A stretch of 64,000 nt of DNA from Planctomycetota bacterium (GTDB lineage Bacteria > Planctomycetota > UBA8108 > SXIK01). Positions 39,680-49,227 of the stretch are shown here, in pieces (within the stretch, counting starts at the first letter, position 1; each line of letters starts with the position of its first letter). The notes beneath the pieces are model-generated. The model was not told the DNA's origin. It worked only from the letters and a program-made list of their open reading frames with translations, and searched no databases. The DNA lies in the NCBI GenBank assembly GCA_965223265.1, contig OZ244999.1, positions 8,704,001 through 8,768,000 on the forward strand, read 5' to 3'. Made by a program: the position numbers and the translations under genes.

Positions 39680-40384
39680 TCACCCCGGCGGTCGGCGCAG
39701 CGGGCGGATTTCGACTTGGCTGATGCACGTCGCTGCTGGTGTGGTCAGGATCGCATGGCAGACCTCACCGACTTCTTCTGGTTTCACTTTCCACGAATGG
39801 TCGGTGTCGGCATTGTGCCGGTGAGATTCGCTGTCGACCGAGCCAGGGAAAATGGTCGCAACGCGGATTCCGTCGTCGCGGACTTCGTGGAAGAGTGATT
39901 CGGAAAACCCGGTGACCGCGTACTTGGTCGCCGCATAGCCGCTGCCTCCGGGAAGTGGCACACGGCCTGAAATCGATGAGACGTTGATGACAACGCCACT
40001 TCTCTGTCGCTTCAGGTGCGGAAGCACGCTGCGGGTTGCATAGAAGAGACCGTTGACGTTGGTCTCCACCATCGCGTGCCATTCATCTAAGGAAAGTGTC
40101 GACGCGTCTTTGCGGATCACCAAGCCGGCGTTGTTGATCAATGCGTCGACCCCCTGCAACTCGGCGACGATATGTTCTACAGCGGCGTGTGTCTCTTGCC
40201 AGCTGCGCAGATCGCACGGCGCCGCCGCGCAGCGGCCGAGTCGGTGCACACCGCACGCAGCGCTGAGCTCGTCTAAAAGCTCGCTGGAGCGAGCTATGAG
40301 GCCGAGGTCGTGACCCTTCGCAGCCAGCGCCGCCGCGATGCCACGACCGATTCCCTTGCTGGCACCCGTGATGATCACTTTCAC
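39680..40384 (-). CDS. Short-chain dehydrogenase/reductase
   Basis: TGASKGIG; NNAG; YAATK. Confidence 0.92.
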   Translation of the reverse strand: MKVIITGASKGIGRGIAAALAAKGHDLGLIARSSELLDELSAACGVHRLGRCAAAPCDLRSWQETHAAVEHIVAELQGVDALINNAGLVIRKDASTLSLDEWHAMVETNVNGLFYATRSVLPHLKRQRSGVVINVSSISGRVPLPGGSGYAATKYAVTGFSESLFHEVRDDGIRVATIFPGSVDSESHRHNADTDHSWKVKPEEVGEVCHAILTTPAATCISQVEIRPLRRPPG

Positions 40385-41562
40385 GGTTTCGTTCCCTTCG
40401 CTTCCTTGGCTATGGCGCGTGCAATGACCATCCGGTGGACTTCCGACGGACCGTCGTAGATGCGGAACGCGCGTGACTCGGTCGCCATCTGGGCGAGAGG
40501 TAGCTCGGTGCTGATTCCCAGCGAGCCACAGATTTGAATCGCCCGATCGATCGTCCGATGCACCGCTTCAGCGACGAACACTTTGCACATCGACGTCTCG
40601 AGTCGGGCCTCGCTGCCAGCATCGAGCTTCGCCGCGGCATCGGCGATCATGAGCCGTGACGCATGCAGCTCAGTCTGACTGTCGGAGAGCATCCAGCCGA
40701 CACCCTGATGCTCTGCGAGGGTTTTACCGAAGGCTTCCCGCTCGATGGCCCGCTGCGTCGCGATCTCCAGAGCCCGGGTGGCGGCGCCGAGCCAACGCAT
40801 GCAGTGGGTCATGCGTGCAGGACCAAGGCGCCGCTGCATGAGCGCGTAGCCTTGACCGACGTCGCCGAGAACGGCGTTGTCGTCAACCGCACAGGCGGTC
40901 AGCTTCACTTCGCAGTGACCGCCTGGCGTTGCGTGTCCGAGCGTGGGAACCTCGCGTACGACCTCAAAGCCGTCCGCCTCCGCGTCGACAAGAAACAACG
41001 TCATGGCGTCGCGTGGTGGCGCATTCGGGTCGCTGACGCACGCGACGATCGCGAAGGCCGCGCCTACCGCGCCTGTGGAGAACCACTTGTGACCGTCGAG
41101 CACCCACTGATCTCCTCGGCGCACAGCCCGTGATCGCATCATGCGCGGATCTGATCCGGCTCCCGGAGCGGGTTCCGTCATGCAGAACGTCGAGCGGATT
41201 CTGCCCTGCGCTAGTGGCTCCAAGTAGCGTGCTTTCTGCTCCGGCGACGCGGCCAAGTGCAAAACGTGAGCGTTTCCCTCGTCGGGTGCGGCGCAGCCGA
41301 GACACAACGGGCCGAGGAGGCTTCGTCCGGCTGCCTCGAGCATTGGGAACGCTTGGCTCAGGTTCAGTCCGAGCCCTCCTACCTCGCATGGCAACTGCGG
41401 CGCCCAGAGGCCGCTATCCTTGGCGCGCGACTGGACGGTCGCAATCTGGGCCGCGGCGGCGTCACTGCTCAGCGCCTCGAGCGGCAGCACGAAGTGATTG
41501 ACGAATTCCCGGACGCGCGACGCGAGATCGTCGCTGCTGCGGTCGGTTTTCACCCCATCCAT
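40381..41562 (-). CDS. Acyl-CoA dehydrogenase (ACAD10/11, LvaC-like)
   Basis: APDEGN; FCMTEP..GAGSDP; GHKWF; RLGPARMTHCMRWLG; RIYDGPSEVH. Confidence 0.92.
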   Translation of the reverse strand: MDGVKTDRSSDDLASRVREFVNHFVLPLEALSSDAAAAQIATVQSRAKDSGLWAPQLPCEVGGLGLNLSQAFPMLEAAGRSLLGPLCLGCAAPDEGNAHVLHLAASPEQKARYLEPLAQGRIRSTFCMTEPAPGAGSDPRMMRSRAVRRGDQWVLDGHKWFSTGAVGAAFAIVACVSDPNAPPRDAMTLFLVDAEADGFEVVREVPTLGHATPGGHCEVKLTACAVDDNAVLGDVGQGYALMQRRLGPARMTHCMRWLGAATRALEIATQRAIEREAFGKTLAEHQGVGWMLSDSQTELHASRLMIADAAAKLDAGSEARLETSMCKVFVAEAVHRTIDRAIQICGSLGISTELPLAQMATESRAFRIYDGPSEVHRMVIARAIAKEAKGTKP

Positions 41563-41573
41563 GGTCGTTCCGT

Positions 41574-42344
41574 CTAACTTTCTGGCGGCTCATGGGCGCC
41601 TCGTAGCTCAGAGTCCGCGAGGCTTAGGAACGCGCCGAGGTTGTTGTGAAAAAGGCTCTCCATCGTTGTGAGACGAAGGTTGTTCTTGAGCGGCTCGTAC
41701 GGTGTGAAATTCATCAGGCGGACGAGAAAGCCACCGTCTTCGTCGACATCGATGATGTTGATGCAGCCCGCATCTTGTTCCAACTGCCCGAGGGAGTCGA
41801 GCGAGCTCGAAAGGGTGTGAGATAGGATCACTCTGTTGGCACCGCCGTGCGCAACGACGAGTAAGTGGCGCCAACCGTCATCCGCGAGCAACGCGTCGAA
41901 TGTCGGTAGGACTCGGTCCTGAAACTCCTGATATGACTCGCCGGCGAGAAACCGGTCCTCAGGACGGACGCGACGGCGAAACGTCCCGGTGAAGAACTTT
42001 GCCAGTTCCGTGGGCGATGGGCCGATCTCGCCGATCCAGTCTACGAGCTTCCCGGCCCGGATTTCGTTGAGCCCGGCACGCCGTTCGATGTGCAGATCAC
42101 GCGCGCCGAGAAGGATCGACGCGGTCTCGACGGTTCGTCCCAAGTCGCTCGTCACGACACGATCGAGAGGCACGCCATCAAATGTGTCGTGAAGATGCTT
42201 CGCTTGATCGCGGCCGTCGGCATTGAGGGGCACCTCGTCGGGACGCTGCGGCGTGCCGTCGTCGGAGAAATAGCTGACCTCAGCGTGACGCACGAGATAC
42301 ACGCGACGCCGGCCGGCCAAGAGTTCGTTCATGGGCAGTTTCAT
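41574..42344 (-). CDS. Histidine phosphatase family protein
   Basis: LVRHAE (variant of RHG); SDLGRTVETA; LNEI; VAHGG. Confidence 0.85.
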   Translation of the reverse strand: MKLPMNELLAGRRRVYLVRHAEVSYFSDDGTPQRPDEVPLNADGRDQAKHLHDTFDGVPLDRVVTSDLGRTVETASILLGARDLHIERRAGLNEIRAGKLVDWIGEIGPSPTELAKFFTGTFRRRVRPEDRFLAGESYQEFQDRVLPTFDALLADDGWRHLLVVAHGGANRVILSHTLSSSLDSLGQLEQDAGCINIIDVDEDGGFLVRLMNFTPYEPLKNNLRLTTMESLFHNNLGAFLSLADSELRGAHEPPES

Positions 42345-42470
42345 GCTCAGAGCCTAACCGGCAATTCTCATGAGTTTCTACTACGACGCTGCTGGTTTCT
42401 CGAGTCTACTGCAGACCGACTCCCCCGAGGCCCTGCGCGGCCATCGAGACGGCAGAGAAGGCGAAGACAA

Positions 42471-43553
42471 GTGGCAGCGGACGGACCGGAAGAACATAGC
42501 GTCGAAAAGCGGGCCGAGATTTTCCGAGAACGTCTCCGCGACTACCTCGAGACAGAGCTCGTGAGCGCCATCGAGCTCACCGCTCTCGCGCCGCTTGCTG
42601 GCGGCGCGTCGCGAGCTGCATTCGCGTTCGACATCAAAGTCGAGGGCGGTCCACACGTCGGCAGCTACGCCGCCGTGTTGCGCCTCGACCTCGGCGGAGA
42701 GATCTACGCATGGGCGCTTTCGCGGCGACAGGAGTTCGAGATCCTGCGCGCCGCTCGAGCCGCGCGTGTCCCCGTGCCCGAGCCCTACTGGGAATCGAGC
42801 GACGAGGCCATTCTCGGTCGTGATTTCTTCGTTATGCAGCGAGTCGAAGGCGAAACGATCGGTGCTAAGATCGTGCGCCGCAGCGACCTTGCAGCAGCTC
42901 GAGACGTCCTACCGGCGCAAATGGGTGAGGCGATCGCGCGCATCCACGGTATGGAGTTCGAGGCGTTCGAGTTTTTGTCTCGACCCGACGACGCGGGCGA
43001 CCAGCGGGGTCACGCCGCCGCCACGTGGGTTTTGCGTCGCACACGGGAGGAGCTCGACCGCATCGGTTCGGTGTCGCCCTCGATCGAGGCCATCTGCTCT
43101 TGGCTGGAGAAGAACGCCCCGACGAGCGCGGAGCTGGTGCTCACCCACGGCGACTTCCGACTCGGAAACATGATTGTCGCCGCCGACGGGTTGAAGGCCG
43201 TCATCGATTGGGAGTTCGCGTGTGTCAGCGATCCGCATGAAGATCTGTCGTGGCCTTTTGTACGCGATTGGCGATTTGGCCGCGATGAGCTGCGTTTCGC
43301 GGGGATTTCGCACGGCGAAGATTTTCTGCGAGCCTACGAGGCGGCGAGCGGCCGGAGCGTGGATCGCCGGTGTCTGCGCTACTGGGAGATCCTCGGAAAT
43401 CTGCGCTGGGCCGTCGGGTGTTTGACCCAGGCGCATCGGCATCTGAGCGGCCGGGAGCGGAGCGTGGAACTCGCCAGCCTGGGCCGCCGTTCGGTCGAGA
43501 TGCAGCTTGAAGCGATGCTGCTCATCGAAGCGTTTGAGAACGATTTCGCCTGA
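42471..43553 (+). CDS. Phosphotransferase (APH family, LvaA-like)
   Basis: LAGGASR; HGDFRLGN; IDWEF; DPHEDL.W...R.WRFG; ELASLGRR. Start codon uncertain. Confidence 0.88.
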   Translation: MAADGPEEHSVEKRAEIFRERLRDYLETELVSAIELTALAPLAGGASRAAFAFDIKVEGGPHVGSYAAVLRLDLGGEIYAWALSRRQEFEILRAARAARVPVPEPYWESSDEAILGRDFFVMQRVEGETIGAKIVRRSDLAAARDVLPAQMGEAIARIHGMEFEAFEFLSRPDDAGDQRGHAAATWVLRRTREELDRIGSVSPSIEAICSWLEKNAPTSAELVLTHGDFRLGNMIVAADGLKAVIDWEFACVSDPHEDLSWPFVRDWRFGRDELRFAGISHGEDFLRAYEAASGRSVDRRCLRYWEILGNLRWAVGCLTQAHRHLSGRERSVELASLGRRSVEMQLEAMLLIEAFENDFA

Positions 43554-43706
43554 AATCTGCCCCAGGACCGAAGAGAGGTCGACTTCTCTCGACCGACGCC
43601 CGACTTGTTCTGTTGAACGCGCCGAACGTCGGTCGAGGGAATTCACGCCACCTTGCTTGTAGAAGATCGCGGCGAAGACAAAGTGTCCGTGGTGCGGAGA
43701 GACCGG

Positions 43707-45548
43707 TCACGGGCAGGAAGAGTCGCTACAGAAGGGAATCAGATCTGGCGTTGGGTCGAGGGCGCAGAAACGGAACGGCGCGGGCGGTGGTGGGAGTCCG
43801 AGGAACAGGAAGTTGAGCAGCCACAGCGGGTCTGAAATGTCGAGGGCGCCGTCGTCGTTTGCGTCGCAAGCATCGAGGCACGTGCAGATGCGACCGAAGA
43901 ACCCGCACTGGAGCATGCGGACGGCGTCGGAGATGTCGTCGCTACCATCCTGGTTGCAATCGGCACGACTGAAGCGCTTGTTGACGGCAAATTTCCCTGA
44001 CTGTAGTGTCGGCCGGATGCTGCCGCCGGTTGACTGCAGTCGCATGATTTCGTTGTGCGTGAACGGCGGGTCCATCGCGTCCCAGAAGCAGAAGTGGGTG
44101 TACTCTTCGTCGAAGGTGAGTGGGTCTGCGTCGATCTGGAGGACGGGGACGTTGGTGCTCGGTGGTAGTGATGAAACGAAGTCCGCCGAGAAGAAGATAC
44201 GCTCGCGCGCAGCGTCCACGAAGATGGTCGGTGAACCCGATCGCAGTGGTGGCAAGCCTGGGGCTGGCGCGACGTTGACGATCGATAGACGACTAGGATC
44301 GTACGCGAGATGCACGGTGACGCCGTCTGCGGCTGTGGAGTTGGTCATCTTCACCGTCACTGTGCCCGTGACACCGTCTTCGAATTCACCATCGTCGATG
44401 GTCAAGCTGTCGAAACCGGAGCGTGCGGGCAAAGTCTTCATCGGTGCGAAGCCTGCTGTTGGGTGCGGTGCGGGCGGGAACGGGTAGCCGAGGAAGTATG
44501 CCCCAGTGATGGTCAACGCGTCCGCGTACGTCAGCAGCCCATCGTCGTTGGCGTCTGCCCCGATGCGACTTCCGAGTGCGGCGGAGCCGTTGAGGAAACT
44601 GAGCAGGTGAACGGTATCGGTCGCTGGCACGATGGCGCCGTCGCCGTCGGTGTCGCCGCGGATGAACGACGTGCCCGGGTCGATCGTTACCTTCGAGTGA
44701 ATCTTGACTGGTCGCACCATCCGCGCGTTCATCACCGCTTCGGTAAAGAGACTTCGATCGGCGCCGCTAAAACTCGAGAAGGCATCGTCGACGATCTTGA
44801 TTCCCGTCTCGAGTGGCGCACCGGCCGGTGGTGTGTTCACCATGAATGTCAAAATCGCAATCGCGATGTTGTCACCAGGGTCGAATCCGACGTCCAGATC
44901 GATGGCGTCGAAAAGGACGGCTACGCGTCCTTCGTCGGCTCCGACGAGCGGCGCGGCGATTTGTGGACTGAGCGCAGCAACACTGCTAGGTAGGCTAATG
45001 CTTTGTAACGTCAGGTAACTTGGATCGAACCGGAATCCGACGGTATAGCTTGAGATCTTAGGTGGAACAGCCTCGCGCTGCAGATACGTCATGAACACTG
45101 GAACCGTGAGCGTCGCTCCCGGGGCGCCGGCGGCGTCCTCGATTTGAAAGCGCACGAATCGGCTCTCGGCTGGCGGTGCCGGTGTCGGTGGTTCGCCGGG
45201 AGTTGGAAACGGGGCGGGAATGGGTTCGCCGGTGAGAAAGAGATGACGGGAGAGAAGGAAATAGTCGCTCACTGAGCGGGCGCCGTCCGCGGTGACATCG
45301 AAGGCATCGATGTTGTCGGCAGTGAACGGGCCGAAGCCGCCGAAGTAGTAATCAAGTAGATTGTTGAGGTCGGTGATGTTGACGATTTCGTCGCCGGTAA
45401 TGTCTCCTCGCACGTAAGGCTGCGCTGTCAATGGCGCGCTGCAGAGCATAGCGGAGACGATCGCGAAAGTGCGGGCCAGGCGGCCGGCGGGTCGCGGCGC
45501 ATAGGGTTGATCTCGACGAGCGAGCGGTTCGGGCACGGTGGCGTGCAT
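43707..45548 (-). CDS. Secreted protein with alternating dockerin-like and cohesin-like modules
   Basis: Three RG(A)D-started double EF-hand-like modules, separated by two beta-rich modules containing FRFDPSYL and LAYDPSRL. Confidence 0.78.
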   Translation of the reverse strand: MHATVPEPLARRDQPYAPRPAGRLARTFAIVSAMLCSAPLTAQPYVRGDITGDEIVNITDLNNLLDYYFGGFGPFTADNIDAFDVTADGARSVSDYFLLSRHLFLTGEPIPAPFPTPGEPPTPAPPAESRFVRFQIEDAAGAPGATLTVPVFMTYLQREAVPPKISSYTVGFRFDPSYLTLQSISLPSSVAALSPQIAAPLVGADEGRVAVLFDAIDLDVGFDPGDNIAIAILTFMVNTPPAGAPLETGIKIVDDAFSSFSGADRSLFTEAVMNARMVRPVKIHSKVTIDPGTSFIRGDTDGDGAIVPATDTVHLLSFLNGSAALGSRIGADANDDGLLTYADALTITGAYFLGYPFPPAPHPTAGFAPMKTLPARSGFDSLTIDDGEFEDGVTGTVTVKMTNSTAADGVTVHLAYDPSRLSIVNVAPAPGLPPLRSGSPTIFVDAARERIFFSADFVSSLPPSTNVPVLQIDADPLTFDEEYTHFCFWDAMDPPFTHNEIMRLQSTGGSIRPTLQSGKFAVNKRFSRADCNQDGSDDISDAVRMLQCGFFGRICTCLDACDANDDGALDISDPLWLLNFLFLGLPPPPAPFRFCALDPTPDLIPFCSDSSCP

Positions 45549-45809
45549 ATCAACGGTCCTCCTTCCGAATGAAACCCAACCGTGGAGGTTGCTGCGACTG
45601 TGCGGCGACAGTGCCGGAGTCGCTTCATAAGGAGGGAGCGCCGAAAAGTTGGAGGTCTGCCCGCCAAAACGCTCTTTTTCTAAACTGTTGCGGCACGCCA
45701 CCGCTGCGGCCCCTCCAACGGGGCCGGGCTGTTCGATAATCGCCGCCCGTCCGAGCCGCGGGCGTCTCGATGCCCACGACCGTTCAGAAGGGTGCAACAG
45801 ACGGGGGCT

Positions 45810-47132
45810 TCAGCTGACGTTCGGCAGAGACCACTTTGCTCGATAGTCGCGAGTTAGGTATCTGTTCGCGGCCTCGTCCGTGCCGAACTGATGCATCTCC
45901 AGGTCGAAGTGTACCTTCTGGTTCAAACGCCAGGCGATATTCCCCAGGTGACAGGCGACGGTGGCTTGGTTGCCGATTTCGATGTCGCATACGGGGCGCT
46001 CGCGTGAGCGGACACAATCCAAGAAGTTACGTTTGTGCGCCGGGTCTTGAATCTTGTTGGTCGACGAGCTGCCGACGACCGTCGGCTCGCCGCCCGGACC
46101 GAACGCGCGCCAGGTGCCGTTGGCGATCACCACATAGCCGTTCTCACCATAGACGGCAGCGCCTTCGCCAAAGCCCTCGAGCGGATAATTCACCCAAATC
46201 CGCATCTCGTAAACCATCGTCGCGCCCGGGTAGTCGTAGGTGACGTACAAGTTGTCGGGCCATTCCTGCGCGTCGTCGAAGAAATGCTTGCCGCCGCTTG
46301 CCGCAGCCGCGCTGGGATAGGTGACCGGTTCTTCGCCCTGCGCTTCGCGCGCGGCATTGAGTCCTCTGATTGCATAGTCGAGGCGATGGACACCGTCGTT
46401 CCCTAGGTCTCCGGTGCCAAAGTCGAAGAACCAGCGCCAATTGCCGTGGAAACGCAGAGGGTTAAAGGGACGTGGCGCTGCGGGGCCAAGCCACGTGTCG
46501 TAGTCGACTCCTTGCGGAACTGGCTCGTCAGCTGGACGGCCGAGATTGCGCTGATGCGTGCTCTCCCACGCCTTGACGAAACAAACTTTGCCGAGCTTTC
46601 CGCTACGGATGTAGTCGTACGCCTCCGCGTGATGTGGGCTCGAGCGCGATTGGATTCCGACCTGCACCACCCGCCCGTAGCGTCTCGCCGCTTTCACCAT
46701 CACGTCGCCTTCGTGAATGTTGTGCGAACAAGGCTTTTCAACGTAGGCATCCTTGCCTGCCTGACATGCCATGATCACAGGGATTGCATGCCAGTGGTCG
46801 GGCGTGCCGTTCACGACCGCATCGATCGTCCGGTCGTCGATGATGCGGCGAAAGTCTCCAAGCGCTGTGGGTTTCTTACCTTGTTGGCGTTCCGCGACTT
46901 GATCGACCGCCTTGCGCAGACGATTGGAGTCGATGTCAGAGATGACCGCCGCATCGACGTCGGGCATCTCTGAGAAACCGCGCAGAAGGCTGTTCGCACG
47001 GCCGCCGACACCGATGAACCCGAGGCGAACCTTTTCGTTCGCACCGAGCACGCTGCCCGATGGAACAAGCGCTGGAAAAGCGATAGCACCAGCCGCTGCC
47101 GCGGACCGCTTGAGAAAGTCTCGTCGCCTCAT
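45810..47132 (-). CDS. Gfo/Idh/MocA family oxidoreductase, Tat signal
   Basis: MRRRDFLK; GFIGVGGR; TPDHWH; YVEKP; WRWFFDFGTG. Confidence 0.92.
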   Translation of the reverse strand: MRRRDFLKRSAAAAGAIAFPALVPSGSVLGANEKVRLGFIGVGGRANSLLRGFSEMPDVDAAVISDIDSNRLRKAVDQVAERQQGKKPTALGDFRRIIDDRTIDAVVNGTPDHWHAIPVIMACQAGKDAYVEKPCSHNIHEGDVMVKAARRYGRVVQVGIQSRSSPHHAEAYDYIRSGKLGKVCFVKAWESTHQRNLGRPADEPVPQGVDYDTWLGPAAPRPFNPLRFHGNWRWFFDFGTGDLGNDGVHRLDYAIRGLNAAREAQGEEPVTYPSAAAASGGKHFFDDAQEWPDNLYVTYDYPGATMVYEMRIWVNYPLEGFGEGAAVYGENGYVVIANGTWRAFGPGGEPTVVGSSSTNKIQDPAHKRNFLDCVRSRERPVCDIEIGNQATVACHLGNIAWRLNQKVHFDLEMHQFGTDEAANRYLTRDYRAKWSLPNVS

Positions 47133-47388
47133 GTCATCCTCTCGATCAAGAAGGGGCTTGTCTCAGTGTCGTCGCGCTCGAGACACCGGTTGACAGAGCA
47201 ACAGTTGATGGGTCATTCGACCGTCTGAGCACTCCTCTACAAATATCAGTCGCGCGCTGGTGCGTAAACCGCTGCACTGTAAAAATGGTTTGCCGGAGGG
47301 CTTCGGCGGACGGTTTTTGCGGGCGTGAGCGACGACATCGGATAGTCTGAGTCCAGCGCTCCGGGAGAATTTATCTCCCGACATAGAC

Positions 47389-47579
47389 CCCAACGCCTGC
47401 AAAAAAATGACGGCAAGAAACGCCTTCGGCTCGGTGAATAGCACGCCATTAGCGACGTTCGAACCGCGTCGGCAATGCTCACGTACAGTGAAGTACGCTC
47501 CGCGTGCCGCCACGGTTCAAACGCCGCTACCGACGCACTCTTCACCGTTCTTACTCGCCATTTTTCTGCAGGCGTTGGG
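47389..47579. mobile_element. MITE family E
   Basis: TIR CCCAACGCCTGCARAAAAATGRCG; 6-bp direct repeat ATAGAC at 47383-47388 and 47580-47585; internal arms also complementary. Confidence 0.85.
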
Positions 47580-47609
47580 ATAGACTGGCAACGAACACAG
47601 GTAACGGAC

Positions 47610-48707
47610 ATGGCGGAGAAGTACCGAGTCGGAATCATCGGGCGGACCGGCCGCGGCAACTACGGCCACGGTTTGGACACCGTATGGGAGGCAATCCCCA
47701 GCACAGAAGTCATCGCGGTGGCTGACGAGGACGCGGACGGTCGCGCCAAGGCTGCGAAGCGCACGGGAGCACACCACGCATACGCTGACTACCGGCAGAT
47801 GCTGGCGAAGGAGAAGCTCGACATCGTCGCCGTGGCGCCGCGCTGGATCGACTGCCATCGCGACATGGTGCTCGCGGTCGCTGCGGCGGGTTGTCATATT
47901 TTCTTGGAAAAGCCGATGAGTCGGACGCTCGCCGAGGCGGACGAGATGATCGACGCCTGCGACCGCGCCGGGGTGAAAACGCTGATCGCGCATCAGACGC
48001 GCTACAATCCGGTCATCGCCCAAGTCGAGAACCTGATCCGAGAAGGCAAGCTTGGAGATATCCTCGAGCTACGTGGGCGTGGCAAGGAGGATCGACGCGG
48101 CGGTGGCGAAGATCTTATGGTGCTCGGCACACACATTATGGACCTGATGTGCCTATTCAGCGGCCGGCCGAAATGGTGTTTCGCGACGGTCAAGGAAAGA
48201 GGCAAGCCGGTCACGGCGCGGGAGGTGCGCGACGGCAACGAAGGCATCGGACCGCTCGCGGGCGACGAAATTCACGCCATGTACGGCTTCGACAGTCCAG
48301 CGATCGGTACGTTTTCGACGCACAAAGCGCAGCACGGTGCGTCGAGTCGATTCGCGCTCCACATTCTTGGTTCGTTGGGCATGCTCGCCATTCGCACGAG
48401 CGCCGAGGTATATTTCTGCGCGGACCCGTCGTGGAATCCTGCCCGAAGCAAGACGGACTGGGTGCGGGTGACGAGTCAAGGAGTCGGGAAACCGGAGACG
48501 CGCGACGACCTTCGTCTGCATTGCGGCAACGTTTTTGCGGTGACAGACCTTTTGCATGCGATCGAATCGGGTGCTCGCACGAAGGGCGGACTCGACGAAG
48601 GCCGCGCCGCACTCGAGATGATTCTCGCCGTCTACGATTCTCATCGCAGACGCGCACCGGTCCCCATGCCCCTAACGGAACGTCGCCATCCGCTCGAGCT
48701 CTTGTAG
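47610..48707 (+). CDS. Gfo/Idh/MocA family oxidoreductase
   Basis: GIIGRTGRGNYGHG; FLEKP; GGEDLMVLGTH. Confidence 0.9.
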   Translation: MAEKYRVGIIGRTGRGNYGHGLDTVWEAIPSTEVIAVADEDADGRAKAAKRTGAHHAYADYRQMLAKEKLDIVAVAPRWIDCHRDMVLAVAAAGCHIFLEKPMSRTLAEADEMIDACDRAGVKTLIAHQTRYNPVIAQVENLIREGKLGDILELRGRGKEDRRGGGEDLMVLGTHIMDLMCLFSGRPKWCFATVKERGKPVTAREVRDGNEGIGPLAGDEIHAMYGFDSPAIGTFSTHKAQHGASSRFALHILGSLGMLAIRTSAEVYFCADPSWNPARSKTDWVRVTSQGVGKPETRDDLRLHCGNVFAVTDLLHAIESGARTKGGLDEGRAALEMILAVYDSHRRRAPVPMPLTERRHPLELL

Positions 48708-48738
48708 TTGTCTGTCGCCATAGGTGAGTCTTCGTCTC

Positions 48739-49122
48739 ATGCATGATCCGCCGTCACTTCCCGAGTTGCTCCTGAGCGTGCGCCACTTCTTGCAAAATGA
48801 GGTGCTGCCGCAGGAAGTTGAGCCACGTTTCAAGTTTCGGACACTCGTGGCAGCCAACGTCTTGGCTATCGCTGCGCGTGAGGCGGAACGCTCGCAGCCG
48901 ATCTGTGAGGGCGAAGCTGCTAGGCTGCAATCCTTGGCGTCGCGGTTCGGTGCAAGCACCGACGCAACGCTTTCGGAGCTCTCTGCGTGGCTGGCCGGGG
49001 AGATACGCGCCGGAAATCTTGATTGCGCTCCTGGCAGCGAGATCTGGAGGCACCTAAAGGAAACGGTCATGGAGAGCCTCGAGGTTTCCAATCCATCTTT
49101 TCTGCGCCGCGTCAGCTCGTGA
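48739..49122 (+). CDS. DUF6285-like small protein (LvaB-like)
   Basis: MHDPPS..ELL.SVR.FL...V.P......F..LVAANVL.IA.RE; C-terminal L.VSNP. Confidence 0.75.
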   Translation: MHDPPSLPELLLSVRHFLQNEVLPQEVEPRFKFRTLVAANVLAIAAREAERSQPICEGEAARLQSLASRFGASTDATLSELSAWLAGEIRAGNLDCAPGSEIWRHLKETVMESLEVSNPSFLRRVSS

Positions 49123-49227
49123 TGTATGGCGGTAGGGGAACGGGCGACGCCGTCCCGATGTGACTGAATCGTCACGCGGGTCGCCGCACGAACCATAGGA
49201 ACAAGTGAGTCACACCGAGGAGGATCC

